DNA of 54,620 bases, filler included, from Sphacelaria rigidula (lineage: Eukaryota), in the NCBI GenBank assembly GCA_964200075.2. It is 3 parts of 3 records of this genome, joined end to end, with 100 filler letters (N's around TTAATTAATTAA, not from the genome) between each part and the next. Parts side by side here need not be neighbours in the genome. Positions count along the whole stretch, not along the records: positions 36,483 to 54,620 come from CAXNAA020000906.1; 2 more parts are not named here. One strand, given 5' to 3'. The translations under genes and the position numbers were made by a program. The notes beneath the pieces were generated by a model. That model did no database searches. It was not told the DNA's origin and was given only the letters and a program-made list of their open reading frames with translations. Positions 47,601 to 54,620 of this stretch are shown in pieces (position 1 is the stretch's first letter; every line of letters begins with the position of its first letter).

Positions 47601-50600
47601 GCCGGTACTGTCGGCGACACGTGCGCAGGTCCAGCCCGCACTCGCACGTCGCGGCGAAAGTTGTGGGAGTGTTTGCCAGCAATTTGCTTCCGGTAACGGT
47701 CGGCGACACGTTTCACCAGACTTCAAAAGGGCCGGAATTAGTTCGGCGGTCTGGTAGCCCGTTCCTCATTTTGGCGCAAGTTCCCGCCAGTTTCGACACC
47801 AGTTCACGCTGATGTGGGCGGCAGTTGAGCCACCGCGGAAATTCCGCCGACAGTTGCGGCGAGTGTTGGTGAAACTTGCGCAGGTGCCTCCCATAATCGC
47901 GGCGGAAGTCGCGGGAACTTGGGCCAGTAATCAGCTTGCCACAATTCTCGGCAACTCCTGTCAGCACCACTTCAGAAATGCCGGCATCAATCCGGCGGTT
48001 GAATAGCCCGTTACCTCCAGTGTCGGCGCCAGTTTCCACCGGTGCCCGCCACAGCTGAGCTACTCGTGCCGCGGACTTTGCACCGACAGATGCAGCCCAA
48101 ATTTGTGCAATCGTCGCCGATACTCGCGGCGGAAGTCGCGCTTCCTTCTGCGATTAATGTGGTCTCGACTCTAGCCCTAGCGCCTACCCTATCCCTACAC
48201 CGCAGGGGCCGGTAGTTTCGAAGGTGTTGGCGACGGTAGCGAAGGTGTCGGGGACAGTATCGAAGGTGTCAGCGACAGTCTCACCGCCACCACGTGTGGA
48301 TGGCCGCGGGGATTTGGGGCAATGTCACCAGCACCTTCGCAACTGTCGCGGACTCCACAAACTGTCGCGGATCCCGTGGCCGGTAGTTGAGGAGATATCA
48401 GCAACGGTTGCGGAGGTGTCAGCGATTAGAGCAAGGGTGTGAGCAACAGCGTTGCCTACACTCGTGGGTGACCACCGACACCTACGGTATCTCTACCCAC
48501 ACTTTCGTAATTGTCGCCGGCACCTCCGCTGTCATCGCTGATACCTGCATTGTGGAGGTGTCGGCGATAGTTGCAGAAGTGTCGGCGACACCTCTATTTT
48601 GTTGGCCACACTTTTCGTATATGTGACCGAAACCTTCAAAGCTCGCGACGACAACTGGCGGCGCATCCCCAGTCGACCCCGTGGGTAATGACGATTCGTA
48701 CTATCGCGGGCAGCATCCGGGCATCGGCGGCACTTACGACAGTGTCGCCTACGCCACACGTACTGCCGACCATACCGCGGAGGTGTCTCCGCAAGTGTCG
48801 ATGGTCCTGCCGCTAATAAAATAATATCGCCGATACTGTGGCACCCACCCCCAGTACCGGCGTCAACGTGTCAAATTTATTGCTCGTTGCCGAAACTGTC
48901 AACGAGGCTATCCAATCATCGTCGACACTTTCCGCAACTGTCGGTGCAATCGTAAAACAAAAATGACCCCGCGGTGATCGTAAAATAATACGTACTGGTC
49001 GAGGACGCAACAACACCATCTATGGTACCGAAAACGGCGTCCTACTGGACCACGAAGATGCGCACCCAAGCCACGAACAAGTTTTACCGTAACTCTGTGG
49101 GTTTCGACTACCGTAGAATTGAATCCACCTTCCGTAAAATCTTGACGGTGTTGTCGTGCGTCATCTTGTCCACGAGAATGCCCCTGAAGGCCCTCCGCTC
49201 CAGACACCAAAGCCAACCGTCCACAACGCACGTGACCGTGGCTGTCCTTGGCTTCCCGTACATGAGACTCAGTTCTCCGAAACTTACCCCTGGTAAACTG
49301 ATATGAGAGATCATTGAGTCCACACCAAGATGGTCGGCCACGAACACCTGGAGAACAACCACAAGTATGTGACACTGATTCAATACTCTGGCAGTCGGCT
49401 TGTTCTTTTTATCTCCATTTCTTTCGAGGGGGAACTACTGCTAAAACGTTCTGTACACACTCTCATGTTCTCATGTATTCCCATATCCGGTGTGCTCTTC
49501 ATGACTTTTGAAATTGCGACTCGGGAAAATGATCTCACACCAACGTCACAGACAAACTTGCATTCACTCTATGCCGCACTGTTGGGCGCTCACGTCGAAT
49601 TCGCCCGTATCCACAATGTAAAATTTGTCTCCCTCGTCGCCCTGCTTGATGACCGTGTCCCCCTTAAACACCTGCTGTCGAGAGATCACTCGCACCACAT
49701 CCTTGATTTGCTTCTTGCTCATGTGTTGGAACAAGAAAATGTCCTGGGTTGAGAGAAGTTTTAGTAATGCAGAGTCAAACGTACAGTTGCTTCTTGAGAT
49801 ATATGCTCCACGCTCCGGTTGCAACCTAGGCGTTGCAATTCGGAATCATCATGAAGTACCAAACACACGGGTACCAGAGTAGAGAAAAAATGAGCTGTTT
49901 GATGCATCTACGGTGTCGTCGGCGCGGCTCAATCGACGCAAGGTAATCAGTGCTAGTTTGAAAGGGGTGGTTATTAAACGCTGACACTGTGGTGCAGCAG
50001 AAGAGACTTGTCTTCCCACAGGAACATATTTGTGATTCCCCTGCCACGGTTCCCCTTGAACTTGACACACGACGGTAGTGTATGTGCAACTCGTCCCCTC
50101 CATTCCGTCACTAAGACTCACTTGCTATTGCTCAAGTTAGAAGCCCACCCTAACCCAACGCCAATCCCAGGTAGAACATGAACTCCCCGGCAAGGGGGTT
50201 TCAGAAGGTGCCCCGGTTAGCGGGCGCGTCCCCAGAGCTCAAGTGCTAATGGACCACAAACATGTGCTGTGCACGCCGACGAGCTCTTGAGGCTATCGAC
50301 CCCATCACGATCCGCATATCAGTGTCGGTGTCCACGCTAGCAACAAGGGTATGTCGATCATGGATTCTACGGGACGATTTTGGAAACTATCTGCTGTGGC
50401 ACGCACATGCCCACATACCTTCACAATCTTGAAGATCGCTTCCTCCTCGTCCGGCGTCTTGGGAACCTCGTTCGCCGCCACATCGAACGTTTCTGGTATG
50501 TGAATGTACAGTGTGTGTACAGTGTGTGTACAGTGTGTGTACAGTCAGACAGGAGAGAGCGGTGGCCGATTGAACTCCACGCTTTTCGATACTTTGAAGT

Positions 50601-53600
50601 ATGTATTCGCCGTACTCTCGTTGTCTTGTTGAATCTTACGGAGGTGTATCAAACGCCGTGGTTGATCACGAGTCCTCGTGCACGGGTGTACGAACCGCAC
50701 ACGCCACACAATATTCCAGTCACACTCACAATCAATATTCTCGTGGTTATGCTGCGGAGAGTTGATGTTCCTGGGGCAAGGTTGAGTCTCTGATCGTGAT
50801 ACGCCCAACTACCACTACGGACTCTTTTCACGGTACCCCTCCCCACCAAACCAGCCCAAAGTTGTCGCGAAGAAGATGGTCATACAGCGCCTGATGTTTC
50901 GTTTCAGGCTGCTTGAAGCGCCTCATATGGGCGACAGTGGCGGAAACGAACCGAAGCGTTGGGATTCCCAGTTGCTCGTTATGCTCGGCTTTTGTCATTC
51001 CGATCTACTGAGCAATGCTGCGGTAGGTGTGCACAAATATTTTCTGAGGTTCGAATTGTTAGGAGACCTTTATCTCATCCAAAACACGACTTGTGATTTA
51101 ACATGTGAGAGTACACCGGGATTACTATTCCAATGTGCTAAGGATTTCTCGAATGAATCTGCAAACGGGGATCCCTTGATTCATATTCTCGTGCATCTAA
51201 AATCATTAGGAGCCCCTGAACCAGGCACGATTTTGCGCAAAAAGTGCAACCCTACCGTAGCATTGCTCTACCTGTAGATTTTGCCTCCCCAAACAAGTTA
51301 CTTTATTGCGGGGGGCATCGTTGAAAGTGTCTACAGTACGGTGCGCATAAACATCTTCGGACGACAACGCCATCACAACATTTCACGCGCTCATACTTTC
51401 TTGAACACACCGTGCCATATACAGCACATACAACCACACAGTTACTCTCGCACCTTCGTCATCTTCGAGGGCTCGGGCTTCCCTGACAAGCTTGCTCTTG
51501 GCCTCCTTACTAAAGTATCGTCGAACTGGTCGCACGCTCTCCCCCATGAACGCCGCCGCCTCACGCTTCTTTGCGGAAGCAGCTTCTGATCCCTGAGGGA
51601 AGGTGTGTTGTCGTGCACAAACACGATTGCATAGTCAAACAGCAGGTGTGTTGCGTCTAAAAGCAACAGGTATATGATACCGTCACCAGCTGTGAAGCTC
51701 GCCGGAAGACCTTGATAAATACGGGACACGGAGGGCAGTGACAGAATGAAGCCAACGGCATCATACAACGGGCAAAAACCATACCATTTTGTTCAGAGTA
51801 GATAGCGAAAATGTTCATGAACAGCTGGTGTAGCTATTATCCCATCCTTTCATTACTTTCTTGTGGCTCACGGAGCTGTCTTATCCAACATGTGAGCCAT
51901 AGATAATACTGTCCAACGGGCAAGTATCATATTTTTTTATTCATCGTAGAATCATGTTCCAAAACAGCTCGTGTGCAGTAACCAGTATCCGTTCGTTTTC
52001 TCAACTGTGGCTTACGGAGGTATCTCGTCCAACATTACACATGAAGGATACGTCTACGCGTGTTCTCTTGCAAACTGCTACCCCCATTGACCTCTTGGAA
52101 GATTTTCACGATTGCGACGATACCAGCACACTTCATGAAGACATACCGCAGCGTTTCAGCCAACGAGGCACGTCTGAAGATCTAGTCATTGAATTACCGT
52201 TGGAACGGCGCAGAGACACAACCGGTAAGGATGATTCATCGTTGTTACTCCTCACACCGCATCTCATCATCTCGCGTGCCGTCTTGAAAGGCCTCGGTCA
52301 CGATAGTGATCGCAGTTGAGGCCATGGGTGAAACATCGTCGTCATTGAATCGTTATCAATCTTGTTGTCATCATCCACATTTTTGTCTGCTCTCACCGCG
52401 GTCTGTGTACCCGCTTGGAAGTCCTCGATGAAGATGATGACGATGGTGATGTCGTCTGTTCGTACCTCGTACCGTAACCACGTTCGAAAGGCCTCCTGCA
52501 CCACGTGCTTCGCCGCAGCCAGCGGATCGTTGAACCTCTCCACAGCCTCCATCACCTACAGCAGCAAAGGTCGACAAGAAGGAATTACGATGGGACTTAG
52601 CTACAAAAATTCAATCATCAGTTTTGATTTGACGAACCAAAGATAGGTATGGTACTACTTACCCCCCGAGTGTCGGACATCACCCACACCGTGAAGGCCT
52701 TTCCGCCTGCTATTCGCGAGTATGAGAATATTTCGTGTTTACTTGCCGAGAATGACGAAAGCAAGGGTGCGACCGTGGTGGCCCGACGCTTCACCTTTTC
52801 GAGCCAGAAAACTAATGCGAGAGTTAAACTCAAAACCGAAATCACGCAAAATAGAGAGTTTCGGGAAATGGATCTTTTTCTGCCAGCGTAACTTCGTGAG
52901 CAGCGCATATATACAGTATACAATATACATATACCTCCTGGAGTTGACACGCTCAAGCGTTCTCCTTTTCGTCACACAGCACACAAGAGACCTGAAACGC
53001 TGAGACAATTATTTCAAGTTTTCAAATTTAGGAGATATATCCGCCGACAAGAGTTTCGCGAAGAATACAGACCTGATTCCGAAACTTTTTAAACGTGTTA
53101 TATATCCCTTGGCAGCAGACCTAACGGGTGTAATTTCGGAGGGATTCGGCTAACGTCTGGCAGGCCATACAGTACAGCTTAACACCTGCATCGTCTCCAT
53201 CAACACCCGTTCAGTGAGATCAGTATACACCCGCGAGATTCAGATAACGACCTGTTGATAATAAAATCATTCTGCTTCTTTCTTCCAGTCCACGGCACAA
53301 TCACTCCACCAATCGATCGACCTTGCAGTGTGGAGAAATGGATACAGTGTCCCGACGTGCAATTAGAATGATGAATCATTTGCGATAGTGACAGCGGGCG
53401 GCGATACCTCACGACATGCAGTTGAAACGAGGAATACAAATGTTTTACATATGCTGCGCGCTCGCTGAGAACCTTATGGCTTGTGATGAACTCGAAGACC
53501 CCATCGCTTGCAATGACAATGAACTTGTCATCCTTCGTCACGTTCAGAACCAGCTGCTCTGGCTCAGCGAAAACACCCACAGACTCCCCCATAGAATCTC

Positions 53601-53608
53601 CCAGGCTC
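38639..53608 (-). CDS. Protein phosphatase 2C + 2 cyclic-nucleotide-binding domains + AGC/PKG-like (pseudo)kinase protein (5' part beyond window end; last exon uncertain)
   Basis: In-phase GT-AG exons: 53608-53473 (RSLGD..VFAEPE..IASDGVFEF), 52555-52397 (RTDDITIVII), 51592-51454, 50492-50419, 49743-49594 (VIKQGDEGDKFYIV), 49347-49129 (FGELSLMYGKPRTATV), 47240-47100, 45998-45894 (YFGESALL), 44053-43889, 43332-43222 (FCVK), 42847-42716, 41985-41911, 41049-40885 (ARFYMAC..HLHEEGYIHRN..QLADLTCAKKM), 40153-39998 (GDPHYMAPEQ..VDYWSLGILLY..GVTPF), 39175-39080, 38743-38639 (RLG..HEFFQGMDW). Same domain order as the plant At2g20050-type proteins. Confidence 0.9.
44513..44938. mobile_element. Foldback MITE (426 bp, ~190-bp inverted arms), ATGT target duplication
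   Basis: atgt|aacagtggattctcgaaaatg...ggcttccatacggacgacc...//...ggtcgtccgtatggaagcc...cattttcgagaatccactgtt|atgt. Confidence 0.9.
45010..45280. repeat. Degenerate ~21-bp minisatellite (ggacatccatctgggatat)
   Basis: About 12 imperfect tandem units. Confidence 0.85.
46211..46252. repeat. Interstitial telomere-type (CCCTAA)n tract
   Basis: 7 x ctaacc; shorter tract at 47418-47437. Confidence 0.9.
46920..46952. repeat. (CATCA)n microsatellite
   Basis: Directly visible. Confidence 0.85.
50506..50545. repeat. 11-bp tandem repeat (gtacagtgtgt)x3.5 beside a splice acceptor
   Basis: Directly visible. Confidence 0.85.
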
Positions 53609-54620
53609 CTACAAGTAGGAATATCACGACATGAAGCAACACAGTACGAGTTCGTGAGTTTCAGCAAATGTATATGAAAATTTGCATCTCACATTCTTGT
53701 ATGGGTCAGAGAAAAACAGCCTGATCGAGACTTCTTGACGAAAATGCCTGGTGATTCGAAGCTCAACGCCACAAGGGTTTTGGCTACGTGAGATTCGTTA
53801 AAGGAAGACGTTCGTACTCAGACTAGTTTCCACAAGATTTGACGATGGCCGTTCAGCGGACGTCATACGTACGATGTACAATATCGTTACCTAAAACGTG
53901 AACAGTCCGTGCTGTCATCAGGCCGATCGTGTTCTACGCTGGTAAACAAGCCATACTCCACACAGGCGTACATCCCGTGCTGTCTTGCAACGGAGGTCGT
54001 GTGTACGTATATGTCAGCGAACAAGTCAAAACGATTATACGGATCACCAGCAAAACGCTGCGAGCAGAATCACCCTGCAGTACCGGTCAGACCCATCAAC
54101 AACATCAACGGGTACATTTACTCTATCAACTGTGGAAAACAACACATCTGATGGGTTCACAGTAGGTGGCCTCATACACAGTGTAACCGTTGATAGCCAG
54201 GGGCACAACACGCTTGGCATATATCCATACACTTCGCTCATACGCTGTCCCTATACAGAAGCCTAACGACAACATACCCGGTGCGCACGCAAAAACAGAC
54301 GCAGGTACTGATAGTAGCTATACTTTCCACAGGTACAGTTTCTACAGGATCGCATACCGGACCTCAGTTCGCTATCATCAAACAGGTCCGGACTATTCCA
54401 AGGGTAGGTCGAGTGGAGTATACTCAATTGCAGGGTATTTTGAAAGTCGTACTTGGAGTACACAAATTGGGGGTAGGGTTTCAGGAATCGCTTCCCAGCT
54501 TTTTTGGGGGTACGACGAGGGGGCAGCGCGGAGAAAAGTTTCGGACACGTAGCCCCGTTCTTTGCCTCATCATTAAGAAAACACCCGCGGTGTACGTAAG
54601 ACCTAGGTATACAAGAAGTA

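Noticed and set aside
52685..52720. Minus-strand GGKAFT peptide resembling the PP2C PGxAFTR motif
   Set aside because: Lies downstream of the RSLGD exon in transcription order, so it cannot supply that motif; probably chance within an intron.

Overview
Eukaryotic, intron-rich, repeat-rich genomic DNA. The gene architecture (short exons, 0.1-3 kb GT-AG introns full of MITEs and LINE ends) and TTAGGG-type repeats suggest a brown alga or related stramenopile; this is inference. The window is three contigs joined by two artificial 100-nt N gaps with a TTAATTAATTAA linker. Four spliced genes can be rebuilt by hand, all incomplete: (1) a PDCD4-like two-MA3-domain protein (+, 11.7-17.9 kb); (2) an ERGIC3/Erv46-family ER-Golgi cargo receptor (+, 21.1-24.7 kb); (3) a FAD2-type delta-12 fatty-acid desaturase (-, 28.9-33.2 kb); (4) a PP2C / two cyclic-nucleotide-binding / kinase-like multidomain protein (-, at least 16 exons, 38.6-53.6 kb) whose kinase domain looks catalytically dead. 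The rest is non-autonomous DNA transposons, foldbacks, 5'-truncated LINEs and minisatellites. The most unusual signals are a protein-conserved duplicate micro-exon of the kinase subdomain VIb-VII region, a TIR element apparently flanked by CG and carrying a perfect 80-bp palindrome, and two MITE families with AACA...TGTT ends and 4-bp target duplications.
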